Shown one piece after another: positions 17,186 to 25,869 of a DNA stretch of 64,000 nt. Position numbers and translations under genes: made by a program. The notes below the pieces were generated by a model that did not search any database, was not told the DNA's origin, and saw only the letters and a program-made list of their open reading frames with translations. The DNA lies in assembly GCA_017481115.1 (NCBI GenBank), contig JAFUPP010000039.1:1-64000 (forward strand), given 5' to 3'. Source of the DNA: Clostridia bacterium. Its GTDB lineage: Bacteria > Bacillota > Clostridia > Oscillospirales > Acutalibacteraceae. Every line of letters starts with the position of its first letter. Position 1 is the stretch's first letter.

Positions 17186-18556
17186 TTATTTAATATCGTA
17201 CAGTGCTTCACGAATTACTTCGCAGACTGTGGGATGCGGGAATACGATCTCCTTGATGTTCTGGATCTGCATTTCGGTCTCGACCATAAGGGCTGCACCG
17301 TAGATTATCTCTGAAGCGTAGCTTCCGATAAGATGAACACCAAGTAAACGGTTGTACTTTTTATCAACAATGAGCTTGCAGATACCGTCTCCGCCCTCGT
17401 TTTCGGCAAGATATCTGCCTGAGAACATCATAGAGACCTTTGCTACCTCTACATCGTAGCCTGCAGCCTTTGCCTGTGCTTCGGTAAGACCGACAGCGGC
17501 AACCTCGGGGTTGGTGTAGATGACCGAAGGAATTGCGTTATAACGCATAATGTCCTTCTTACCGAGCATTGTGTTTACTGCAACCTCACCCTCGCGGTAT
17601 GCGGTGTGGGCGAGCATAACCTTGCCGTTTATATCACCTGCGGCAAAGAGTCCGGGAACGTTGGTACGCATCTGATCGTCGGTAACAACTGCTCCGCGCT
17701 CCATATATACGTTAAGGTTTTCAAGGCCGTAGCCTGTGGTGACTGCACGTCTGCCGATTGCACAAAGAACCTTGTCTGCTGCAACCTCGTTTGCCTTGCC
17801 GTTTTCTTCAAAGCAAACCTTACCGTCGCCAACCTTGGTTACCTTGCAACCGAGCTTAAACTCGATTCCTGCCTTTGCATAGTTCTTTTCAAGGATCTTT
17901 GCAATTTCGATATCTGTGGGTCCGCCGATATGATCAAGCATCTCAACAACGGTGACCTTTGAGCCTACCATTGAGTAGTAGGATGCCATTTCCATACCGA
18001 TTACGCCGCCGCCGATAACAACAAGCTTTTCGGGGATAGCTTCAAGATCAAGGATCTCGCGGTTGGTAAGAACAAATCCGCTCTCTACACCCTCACGAAG
18101 ACCGGGGATGGGGGGAACGACTGCCTCACTACCTGCGCAAAGAAGCATATACTTTGCAACGTACTTTTCGCCGTTTGCCTCAACCTCAAAGCCCTCCTCG
18201 GTCTTACCGAGAATGGTACCGAAGGCATTAACGACCTTTACGCCGTGCTTCTTCATTGCCATACCGATTCCGCCGACAAGGGTGGAAACGACCTTATTCT
18301 TTCTGGCAACTACCTTTTTCTGATCAATCTTTACGTTTTCTGCGGTTACACCGTAAACGTCAGAATGAAGTGCATGTTCGTAGAGCTTACCCGAATGGAT
18401 AAGAGTCTTTGAGGGGATACAGCCTTCGTTAAGGCAGACACCGCCAAGTGCTCTCTTTTCGATAACTACGGTCTTAAGACCGCCTTCGGATGCTCTTTCG
18501 GCAGCGTTATAGCCTGCAGGGCCGCCACCGAGTACGATAAGATCAAATTTTTCCAT
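17186..18556 (-). CDS. lpd: Dihydrolipoyl dehydrogenase (E3)
   Basis: GGGPAGY FAD-binding motif, the redox disulfide GGVCLNEGCIPSK, and an NAD-binding fold. RBS AGAGGTG. Confidence 0.9.
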   Translation of the reverse strand: MEKFDLIVLGGGPAGYNAAERASEGGLKTVVIEKRALGGVCLNEGCIPSKTLIHSGKLYEHALHSDVYGVTAENVKIDQKKVVARKNKVVSTLVGGIGMAMKKHGVKVVNAFGTILGKTEEGFEVEANGEKYVAKYMLLCAGSEAVVPPIPGLREGVESGFVLTNREILDLEAIPEKLVVIGGGVIGMEMASYYSMVGSKVTVVEMLDHIGGPTDIEIAKILEKNYAKAGIEFKLGCKVTKVGDGKVCFEENGKANEVAADKVLCAIGRRAVTTGYGLENLNVYMERGAVVTDDQMRTNVPGLFAAGDINGKVMLAHTAYREGEVAVNTMLGKKDIMRYNAIPSVIYTNPEVAAVGLTEAQAKAAGYDVEVAKVSMMFSGRYLAENEGGDGICKLIVDKKYNRLLGVHLIGSYASEIIYGAALMVETEMQIQNIKEIVFPHPTVCEVIREALYDIK

Positions 18557-18567
18557 ATCTACACCTC

Positions 18568-19893
18568 TTATTTAGCAAGAAGAACCGAGAAGTTCTCGAG
18601 TGCCTTCTTCATCTCAACAAGGAACTTGGAGGCGGGAGTGCCGTCTACAACCCTGTGATCGTAGGTGAGTGAAAGTCCCATTGCGGGATATGTCTTGATC
18701 TCGCCGTTTACCTCCTTGACTCTGGTCATAATGGTGTCTACACCAAGGATGCCTGTCTGGGGAGGATTGATAACCGGAGTAAAGGACTCAATACCCATTG
18801 AGCCGAGGTTGGAAACGGTGAAGGTTGCACCCTGAAGATCGTCGGGTGAAATGCTTCCGTCCTGAGCTGCCTTTGCAAGACGCTTAACCTCTGCTGAAAT
18901 CTCGTTAAGGCTCTTCTTATCAGCGTTCTTTACGGTGATAACGAGGAGTCCTCTGGGAGTATCTACTGCAACACCGAGGTTTACGGCGTTAAAGTAACGG
19001 ATGGTCTCACCGTTATCTATGCAGTGAGCGTTAAGGCCCTTGAGTGCCTCGTTTTTAAGTACTCTTGATACTGCGAAAAGGATGATATCGTTGAGTGTGA
19101 TGTTAGCAAGACCCATATCCTCACCTGCTGCCTTGACCTTCTTACGGAATGCCATGACCTCGGTAGCATCGAAGCTTGAGTTGTGGGTAAGCTGGGGAAT
19201 GGTGGAAAGCGAAAGTGCCATATTCTTGGCTATAGCCTTTCTGACGCCCTTCATCTTCTCATCAACATACTCTGCTGCGGGCTCTGCTGCTACTGCTGCG
19301 GGAGCGGCTGCACCGATATCGCCAACTGCAAACTTACCGCCGATACCTGTTCCTGCTGCACCTGTGAAGTCACCTGCTGCTGCGTATGTTGCGGTGGGTC
19401 CGTTTGCGATGAGAGTACGGATGTCTCTTTCAATAATTCTTCCCTCTGCGCCGGTGGGAACTGCAAAGCGGTAGTCAACGCCGCTCTTTCTTGCAAACTC
19501 CTTTGCTCTGGGGGAGATCTTAACAAAGCCTTCTGCTGCCTCTGTCTTGATTACGACGGGTGCTGCAGCGACCTCTGCCTTTACTTCTTCCTTAACCTCG
19601 GCAGGAGCTTCCTCCTCTGCCTCGCCTGCGGGTGCAAACTCGGCTACCGATTCACCTTCGTTTCCGATAACGCAAACGTTGGTCATACAGGGGATGTCGT
19701 CCCCTTCTTCTGCAAACAGTTCAAGTACGATTCCGTCAACGGGAGCTTCCTCGTCGGCGGTGGACTTATCGGTTTCGTATGAGAACAAAACTTCGCCAGC
19801 CTTGACTGCATCGCCCTTTTTCTTGTGCCATTCGGTAAGAATACAGCTTTCGACCGAAATACCGACCTTAGGCATCATTACGGGTGTTGCCAT
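18568..19893 (-). CDS. Dihydrolipoamide acyltransferase (E2)
   Basis: Lipoyl domain (SYETDKSTADEEAPVDG), an Ala/Pro-rich linker, and a catalytic domain ending ...LSLTYDHRVVDG. RBS AAAGGAGG. Confidence 0.9.
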   Translation of the reverse strand: MATPVMMPKVGISVESCILTEWHKKKGDAVKAGEVLFSYETDKSTADEEAPVDGIVLELFAEEGDDIPCMTNVCVIGNEGESVAEFAPAGEAEEEAPAEVKEEVKAEVAAAPVVIKTEAAEGFVKISPRAKEFARKSGVDYRFAVPTGAEGRIIERDIRTLIANGPTATYAAAGDFTGAAGTGIGGKFAVGDIGAAAPAAVAAEPAAEYVDEKMKGVRKAIAKNMALSLSTIPQLTHNSSFDATEVMAFRKKVKAAGEDMGLANITLNDIILFAVSRVLKNEALKGLNAHCIDNGETIRYFNAVNLGVAVDTPRGLLVITVKNADKKSLNEISAEVKRLAKAAQDGSISPDDLQGATFTVSNLGSMGIESFTPVINPPQTGILGVDTIMTRVKEVNGEIKTYPAMGLSLTYDHRVVDGTPASKFLVEMKKALENFSVLLAK

Positions 19894-19955
19894 TTATTTT
19901 TCCTCCTTTAAGGGCTGTGCCCAATTTTTCCATTATTAATAACCCAAACGGGAAA

Positions 19956-20711
19956 TTACCAAAGTACCTTTATACCGTATATGTTGGTATTAAAGAGAAA
20001 CTCATCACTCGGCTTTTTATCGGTGATGATTATGTCTATATCCGAAAAGGATGCAAACGAGAAGGGCATCGTTTTATTGAACTTGCCCGAATCCACAAGC
20101 ATTATTCTTTTGGTGGCTCTGCGAAGCACCGTGTTTTTAAGCTCGGATTCACTGTGATTGCCAAGGGTCGCGCCCTGCTCACTTATTGCCGAAGCCGACA
20201 TAAATGCAACATCTATCTTGAGCTTTTTGACAAACTCGATACTCTGCGCACCCGACACCGACTGGCTGTCCTTATTAAAGCTGCCGCCAAGCAGCGTTAC
20301 ACTTACTCCCGGATTCTTGGCAACCTCCACCGCAATGTGAGGGCCGCTCGTTACCACCGAAAGATTGCCCGACAGCTTTTTGGCAAACGCTAAAAGTGTG
20401 GAGCCTGAGTCAAGATACAGGCTTCTGCCGCTTTCCGCAAAGGGAAGTGCCAAGGATGCAATTCTTTCCTTCGCTGCGGAGTTTAGGGAAAGCCGCTTTG
20501 CAAAGATCTCCTCTACCCTTGAAGCATTAAAATCAAAGCAACGCGCACCGCCCTTAATTCTTACCGCCTCGCCTGTTCTTTCAAAGTATTCAATATCACG
20601 ACGAAGCGTCATTTCACTGACCTCGGGGAAAAGCTTTTTGAGGTCCTTTAAGTACACCTGTCCGTTTGTGCGGAGCAGATCAAGGATCTTCGTTTTTCTC
20701 TCGAAATTCAT
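19956..20711 (-). CDS. DeoR-family transcriptional regulator
   Basis: N-terminal HTH (KILDLLRTNGQVYLKDLKKLFPEVSEMTLRRDIEYFE) and a DeoR C-terminal sugar-phosphate-binding domain. It lies 62 nt upstream of E2 with no terminator between. Confidence 0.85.
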   Translation of the reverse strand: MNFERKTKILDLLRTNGQVYLKDLKKLFPEVSEMTLRRDIEYFERTGEAVRIKGGARCFDFNASRVEEIFAKRLSLNSAAKERIASLALPFAESGRSLYLDSGSTLLAFAKKLSGNLSVVTSGPHIAVEVAKNPGVSVTLLGGSFNKDSQSVSGAQSIEFVKKLKIDVAFMSASAISEQGATLGNHSESELKNTVLRRATKRIMLVDSGKFNKTMPFSFASFSDIDIIITDKKPSDEFLFNTNIYGIKVLW

Positions 20712-20765
20712 TACCTGTTACCCTTTCGTAGCATTATTTTGCTTGAAACTCGCCAGACACATCTC

Positions 20766-20794
20766 ATTTTACTTTATATATAAAGTAATGTCAA
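20766..20794 (-). promoter_or_regulatory. Promoter of the DeoR gene with an 18-bp perfect palindrome (candidate operator) in the spacer
   Basis: On the minus strand, TTGACA (20794-20789), a 17-nt spacer containing the palindrome TACTTTATATATAAAGTA (20770-20787), and TAAAAT (20771-20766). Confidence 0.55.
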
Positions 20795-20800
20795 CAATGC

Positions 20801-20850
20801 AAAAACAGAAAAACTCACAAGAAATGTTAGAAATTAACACTTTTTGTGAG
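20801..20850 (-). terminator. Terminator of the DUF1015 gene
   Basis: On the minus strand, CTCACAA...TTGTGAG stem with a long loop, followed by TTTTTCTGTTTTT. Confidence 0.5.
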
Positions 20851-20884
20851 TTTATTTGTCTAACCACGTCTAATAAGAGGGTTA

Positions 20885-22147
20885 TTATTTGATTTTATTC
20901 ATTACAAGGCCGGTGATGAGCTTGGGCCAGAAGTATGTTGATTTCTGGGGCATTTTACCGCCCTCGGCGGCGACATCCCTTATCTCGCTTACCCTTGTGG
21001 GATTGATGATAAAGGAGCAGTCGGCATCGGTATTTGCGGCATCTATTGCCTCATCCTTTACCTTTGTATATATAAGGTTCTTACCGTTTGCCATATTTTC
21101 TTTATCTATACCGAGTATTCTTTCAAGAAGAAGTGAGTGAAGCACCGTAACGTCAAGGCTCTTTACCGACTCAAGCTCGTCGCCCAAAAGCGAAGCGGCG
21201 GCGGTCATATCCCTTAAGGTCAAAAGGTAGTAGTCGCCCTTTGCACAAAGTGTAAAGCACTTTTCGTTTGCATCGTAGCCTGCGCGCATTAAGGGGTCGA
21301 TATCGCACTCGGCTATCCTTTTAACATCAAAGAGGTCCTTTGCCTTATCAAGAAAATCCTCACAGTCAAATGCATCAAGATTTTTAACTATTCTGTGGGT
21401 GGGGAATACTACGAGTCCGTCGCTTTCCATTGCGACAAGCATCATCATACAGTAGTCCTCTGCACCGTCTTCGGTGCCGCCCTGCTCCTTTGTATACTTT
21501 TTATAACGGAGTGCGGTTTCATAGCGGTGATGACCGTCGGCAATAAACAGCTTTCTGTCCTCAAACTGTGCGGTAAGGGTGTTTATTACTTGCTCATCGG
21601 TTACACACCAAAGACGCTGAATTACACCCTCCATATCGGGAAACTCGCAAACGGGCTCACCCGCTGTTATTTCGTCAAGTGTCTTTTCAGTAGATCCATC
21701 ATCGTTATAAAGGGAATATATCTGCGAGAAGTTGCAGCCGGTTGCCTTCATAAGATTAAAGCGGTCTTCCTTGGCTTTTGAAAGGGTGTTTTCGTGGGGA
21801 AGGATGATTCCCTCCGAAAACTCGTGTACCTTTACTCTGCAGACGATACCGGTGATCTTTTTCTTTTGTCCCTCGTATTCAAACTCTTCCTCATATACAT
21901 AAAGGGTGTTTTTGTCATCGCAGGCAAGTGTTCCCTTCTCTAACCAATCATTAAGAATTGCACCTGCGTTTGAATAGGGGTCATCCCCTTCGGGAAGCTC
22001 AAGACGGATAACATTATTTGCGTTTTTTGCAATAAAGTCCGCCTTCTGCTGTGCGCTTATAATATCGTAAGGGGGACACACAAGCTCCTTTATATCCCCT
22101 GCGTTTTTAGTAAATCTAAGTCCTTTAAAGGCTGAAATTGTTGCCAT
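20885..22147 (-). CDS. DUF1015 family protein
   Basis: The N-terminus MATISAFKGLRFTKN... and the length (420 aa) match DUF1015. RBS AAAGGAGAAAG. Confidence 0.75.
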   Translation of the reverse strand: MATISAFKGLRFTKNAGDIKELVCPPYDIISAQQKADFIAKNANNVIRLELPEGDDPYSNAGAILNDWLEKGTLACDDKNTLYVYEEEFEYEGQKKKITGIVCRVKVHEFSEGIILPHENTLSKAKEDRFNLMKATGCNFSQIYSLYNDDGSTEKTLDEITAGEPVCEFPDMEGVIQRLWCVTDEQVINTLTAQFEDRKLFIADGHHRYETALRYKKYTKEQGGTEDGAEDYCMMMLVAMESDGLVVFPTHRIVKNLDAFDCEDFLDKAKDLFDVKRIAECDIDPLMRAGYDANEKCFTLCAKGDYYLLTLRDMTAAASLLGDELESVKSLDVTVLHSLLLERILGIDKENMANGKNLIYTKVKDEAIDAANTDADCSFIINPTRVSEIRDVAAEGGKMPQKSTYFWPKLITGLVMNKIK

Positions 22148-22202
22148 TTGTCTTTCTCCTTTTAATAAATCTAAGGAATATTATATTCCAAAGTAAGATA
22201 GT

Positions 22203-22243
22203 CTGTCAAGGTGCTTGACAGTGTTTTTTTAATCTGTTAAAAT
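22203..22243 (+). promoter_or_regulatory. mntP promoter overlapping a perfect 8-3-8 palindrome
   Basis: CTGTCAAG-gtg-CTTGACAG (22203-22221) contains the -35 TTGACA. A 17-nt spacer precedes TAAAAT (22238-22243). The ATG is only 9 nt further on. Confidence 0.5.
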
Positions 22244-22252
22244 GTCCTCATT

Positions 22253-22834
22253 ATGAAATACGATTTAATATTTTTTATCACAAATATTTCGCTGGGATTT
22301 GGTCTTGCTATGGATGCCTTTTCGGTATCCCTTGCAAACGGGCTCAACGAACCCTGTATGAAGAAGCGCCGTATGACATATATTGCATCGGTCTTTACCT
22401 TCTTTCAGGCATTTATGCCGCTTGTGGGTTGGGTCTGCATACATACGGTAGTGGAGCATTTCAAGGCTTTTGAAGAGTTTATACCCTGGATTGCACTTAT
22501 CCTTCTCGGCTTTATAGGCGGTAAGATGCTGTATGAGGGCATCACCTGTAAAGATGAGGTCGAATGTAAGGGCGTAGGCTTTTGGGGGCTGATACTTCAG
22601 GGTATCGCCACCTCGATAGATGCCTTGAGTGTTGGCTTTACGATTGCCGATTACGACTTTTTCTCGGCATTTTTAAGCTCAACGGTAATTGCAACCGTCA
22701 CCTTTGCGGTCTGCTTTGCAGGTATTATAATAGGTAAGAAGGTAGGTACCCGTCTTGCAGGCAAAGCAAACATATTCGGCGGTATCGTGCTTATTGTAAT
22801 AGGTCTTGAAATTTTTATAACAAACATAGTTTAA
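22253..22834 (+). CDS. mntP: Manganese efflux pump MntP (DUF204)
   Basis: Two GLAMDAFSVS-type repeats and six transmembrane helices. Confidence 0.85.
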   Translation: MKYDLIFFITNISLGFGLAMDAFSVSLANGLNEPCMKKRRMTYIASVFTFFQAFMPLVGWVCIHTVVEHFKAFEEFIPWIALILLGFIGGKMLYEGITCKDEVECKGVGFWGLILQGIATSIDALSVGFTIADYDFFSAFLSSTVIATVTFAVCFAGIIIGKKVGTRLAGKANIFGGIVLIVIGLEIFITNIV

Positions 22835-22864
22835 AACGGTCAGAGCATCTGACCGTTTTTTTAT
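22832..22864. terminator. Bidirectional terminator between mntP and the hemolysin-III gene
   Basis: AACGGTCAGA-gcat-CTGACCGTT followed by TTTTTT. Confidence 0.75.
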
Positions 22865-23532
22865 AATACAAAACCTATTATACTGATGTACTGTAAAATG
22901 CTTCCCAAAACCGTGAAGATGTGAAATACCGAATGCATAAATTTTTTCTTTTTACCGATTCCGTACATTACGGCTCCGACAGTATAGAAAATTCCGCCCG
23001 AAAGCAAAAACCAAAAACCGATTTGTCCCATTGCCTTGTAGCAGGTGTCTATGTCTATCAGAATACACCAGCCCATCGCGATATAGCATATCATCGAAAA
23101 GACCTTGTATTTTTTCAGGTCTATAGCGGTAAGGGTGGCGGCAAGTGCGGCACATCCCCAAACTATTCCGAATATCACCCAGCACATTACGGGGGATATT
23201 TTTCTTATGCTGCAAAAAAGAATTGGTGTATAGGTACCGGCTATCAGAAGATATATGGTACAGTGGTCGATTACCTGCATTACCTTTTTGGGCATCTCCC
23301 TTTTAAGTCCGTGGTAAATACTTGACATTGTATACAGCACCACCATAGAGCCGCCGTAAATGGCACTCGACACTACTCCCCATACATTACCCGTAAATGC
23401 GGACAAAAGCACACAGGACACAAGTGCCACTATACCGAATGCACCGCCTACTATGTGGGTGACCATATTCATTATTTCTTCCGCCCTTGTGTATGTGGGC
23501 AGTATTCGTTGTCTTAACGCCGTGCGTTTCAT
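22861..23532 (-). CDS. Hemolysin III / PAQR family membrane protein
   Basis: Seven transmembrane helices, with an N-terminus RAEEIMNMVTHIVGGAFGIVAL typical of the YqfA/HlyIII family. RBS AAGGTGA. Confidence 0.8.
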   Translation of the reverse strand: MKRTALRQRILPTYTRAEEIMNMVTHIVGGAFGIVALVSCVLLSAFTGNVWGVVSSAIYGGSMVVLYTMSSIYHGLKREMPKKVMQVIDHCTIYLLIAGTYTPILFCSIRKISPVMCWVIFGIVWGCAALAATLTAIDLKKYKVFSMICYIAMGWCILIDIDTCYKAMGQIGFWFLLSGGIFYTVGAVMYGIGKKKKFMHSVFHIFTVLGSILQYISIIGFVL

Positions 23533-23629
23533 TTCATCACCTTCTGCCTTGTATAATACGATAAAAGAATTAAAAAAATCAATCTACCCGTAAAAATATG
23601 GATATCCAAAATTTTTCTTTTCGGTAGAA

Positions 23630-23672
23630 AAACAAAAACGCCTCTCTACCTATCGTAGAGAGGCGTTTTTTT
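23630..23672. terminator. Bidirectional terminator downstream of thrS
   Basis: CGCCTCTCTAC-ctatc-GTAGAGAGGCG flanked by A and T runs. Confidence 0.8.
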
Positions 23673-25473
23673 ACTTTTTGAGCTTATTGTTTACAACATC
23701 TGCGAGTGTTGCTTCAAAGGCTTCAACACTCAATGCTCCAAGATCCTCGCCCGAACGGTGTCTTACCGAAACGGTGCGGTTTTCGACATCCTTGTCACCA
23801 AGGATTATCATATAGGGGATCTTTTCCATCTGTGCGTTTCTGATCTTGTATTTGAGGGTGTTCTGTGTGCTGTCAACCGTTACACGATATCCCTGCTTTT
23901 TAAGTCTGTCCTCTACCTCGTTTGCAAAATCAAGTGCTCTGTCGGTAATGGTGAGTATTCTGACCTGCTCGGGAGCCATCCAGGTGGGAAGTGCACCTGC
24001 ATACTTTTCGATAAGGAATGCAAGGGTTCTCTCATAGCAACCGAGACTTGTTCTGTGAATGATGTAGGGAAGCTTCTTTTGTCCGTCGGTGTCGGTGTAG
24101 TACATACCGAACTTTTCTGCAAGAAGCATATCTATCTGAATGGTGACGATGGTGTCCTCTTTACCGAATACGTTTTTGTACTGAATGTCGAGCTTGGGTC
24201 CGTAGAATGCCGCCTCGTCAATACCTATTTCATACTCAACGTCGAGGTCATCGAGAATCTTCTTCATTGTGGCCTGTGCAGCCTCCCACTGTTCGGGTGT
24301 GCCCTCATACTTTGCGGTATTTGCGGGATCCCACTGTGAGAAACGGAAGGTGCAGTCCTCCAAAAGACCGACTGTGCCGAGGAAGTATTTGCAAAGGCTT
24401 AAGCAGTCCTCAAATTCTGCCTCCAACTGCTCGGGAGTAAGAACCAGATGTCCCTCTGAAATGGTGAACTGTCTTACTCTGATGAGTCCGTGCATTTCAC
24501 CCGAATCCTCATTTCTGAAAAGGGTTGAGGTTTCGCCCAGTCTCATAGGAAGATCGCGGTAGCTTCTGCCCTCATTTAAAAATACCTGATACTGGAACGG
24601 GCAGGTCATAGGACGGAGTGCAAGACACTCTGCCTCTTCATCATCGGGGTCGCCCATAATGAACATACCGTCACGATAGTGATCCCAGTGACCCGAGATC
24701 TTATAAAGATCCCTCTTTGCCATAAGGGGTGTTTTGGTAAGAAGGTAGCCGTGCTGCTGCTCGACATCCTCGACCCATCTTTGTAAAAGCTGAATTACCC
24801 TTGAGCCCTTGGGCATAATGATGGGAAGTCCCTGACCGATGCACTCAACGGTGGTAAAGAAGCCTAGTTCTCTGCCCAGCTTATTGTGGTCACGTTTTTC
24901 GGCTTCCTCGACCATCTTTACATACTCGTCAAGCTCTGCTTGGGTTGCAAATGCAATACCGTTTATACGGGTAAGCATCTTGTTGTTTTTATCGTTCTTC
25001 CAATAAGCACCCGAAATCTTGGTAAGCTTGAATGCTTTGAGTGCCTTTGTATAGGTAAGGTGAGGGCCAACGCACATATCAACATACTCGCCCTGCTTGT
25101 AAAAGCTGATAACGGCATCCTCACTAAGATCTCCGATATGCTCCTCCTTGTATACCTCTTTATTTTCCTGCATAAGCTTTACAGCCTCTTCGCGTGATAA
25201 AACAAAGGGCTTTATGGGGAGATTTTCCTTTATTATTTTCTTCATCTCTGCTTCAATGGCAGGAAGATCCTCGTCGGTAAGCTTGGTATCGCCAAGGTCT
25301 ACGTCATAATAAAATCCCTTTTCGGTTGCGGGGCCGTATGCAAAATCAGCATGAGGGTAAAGTCTTTTTATTGCCTGTGCCATAATGTGCGCGGCGGTGT
25401 GTCTGATGACCTGCAGCTCTTCAGCCTTGTTTTCAAGCTCTGCTACATGTCCGTCATTGTAAATAGCCTTCAT
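23671..25473 (-). CDS. thrS: Threonyl-tRNA synthetase lacking the N-terminal TGS domain
   Basis: Editing domain (HTAAHIMAQAIKRLYP), class II catalytic core and an anticodon-binding domain. The ATG at 25473 has GGAGG 5 nt upstream. Only about 20 aa precede the IRH(T/S)xAH motif, compared with about 60 aa in E. coli and B. subtilis ThrS. Confidence 0.9.
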   Translation of the reverse strand: MKAIYNDGHVAELENKAEELQVIRHTAAHIMAQAIKRLYPHADFAYGPATEKGFYYDVDLGDTKLTDEDLPAIEAEMKKIIKENLPIKPFVLSREEAVKLMQENKEVYKEEHIGDLSEDAVISFYKQGEYVDMCVGPHLTYTKALKAFKLTKISGAYWKNDKNNKMLTRINGIAFATQAELDEYVKMVEEAEKRDHNKLGRELGFFTTVECIGQGLPIIMPKGSRVIQLLQRWVEDVEQQHGYLLTKTPLMAKRDLYKISGHWDHYRDGMFIMGDPDDEEAECLALRPMTCPFQYQVFLNEGRSYRDLPMRLGETSTLFRNEDSGEMHGLIRVRQFTISEGHLVLTPEQLEAEFEDCLSLCKYFLGTVGLLEDCTFRFSQWDPANTAKYEGTPEQWEAAQATMKKILDDLDVEYEIGIDEAAFYGPKLDIQYKNVFGKEDTIVTIQIDMLLAEKFGMYYTDTDGQKKLPYIIHRTSLGCYERTLAFLIEKYAGALPTWMAPEQVRILTITDRALDFANEVEDRLKKQGYRVTVDSTQNTLKYKIRNAQMEKIPYMIILGDKDVENRTVSVRHRSGEDLGALSVEAFEATLADVVNNKLKK

Positions 25474-25483
25474 AATTTCCTCC

Positions 25484-25712
25484 AAAAACAAAAAACTTCA
25501 TCCCAAAATCTGGGATGAAGTAAAATTTACTCCACGGTTCCACCCGTATTGCACCAAAGGTGCCACTCAAAAGCCTTAACGCAGCCATACGGCAGGGTTT
25601 ACCTGCTCTCAGGGGTGGTAAAGGGGTACGCCTTTGCGTTTTTACACCTGCCAAACGCTCTCTTTAAAAGGGTGAATACCGCTTCTTGTTCCCGTCAACG
25701 ATTTATAGGTTT
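25484..25712 (-). promoter_or_regulatory. T-box riboswitch leader of thrS
   Basis: On the minus strand, GGGTGGAACCGTGG (25555-25542) is the T-box motif. The terminator CTTCATCCCAGATTTTGGGATGAAG with a T-run lies at 25521-25484, immediately before the thrS RBS. Confidence 0.8.
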
Positions 25713-25741
25713 AATTTATCACCTTTTTTTCGGTTTGTCAA
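25713..25741 (-). promoter_or_regulatory. Promoter for the thrS leader
   Basis: On the minus strand, TTGACA (25741-25736), a 17-nt spacer and TAAATT. Confidence 0.5.
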
Positions 25742-25869
25742 GAAGGTTTATAAATATGAACATCAAAATATTTCATTAAAAAAACAGTTTTAGTGGTGAC
25801 AAAGGGTAAAAAAGGTGTTATAATTAGTATGTATTTGTTTATAACAAGTGATAAAAAGAGGGAAATGTA

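Noticed and set aside
19183-19782. 199-aa Cys-rich plus-strand ORF and other antisense ORFs inside E2, E1 and the giant genes (e.g. 35729..36091, 39558..40124)
   Set aside because: They are antisense to well-supported genes. The Cys- or Ser-rich low-complexity translations arise from GC-rich codon periodicity of the sense gene.
22148-22252. yybP-ykoY Mn riboswitch upstream of mntP
   Set aside because: Only about 100 nt are available, and most of it is promoter. None of the conserved riboswitch helices are evident. A DNA palindrome overlapping the -35 fits better.
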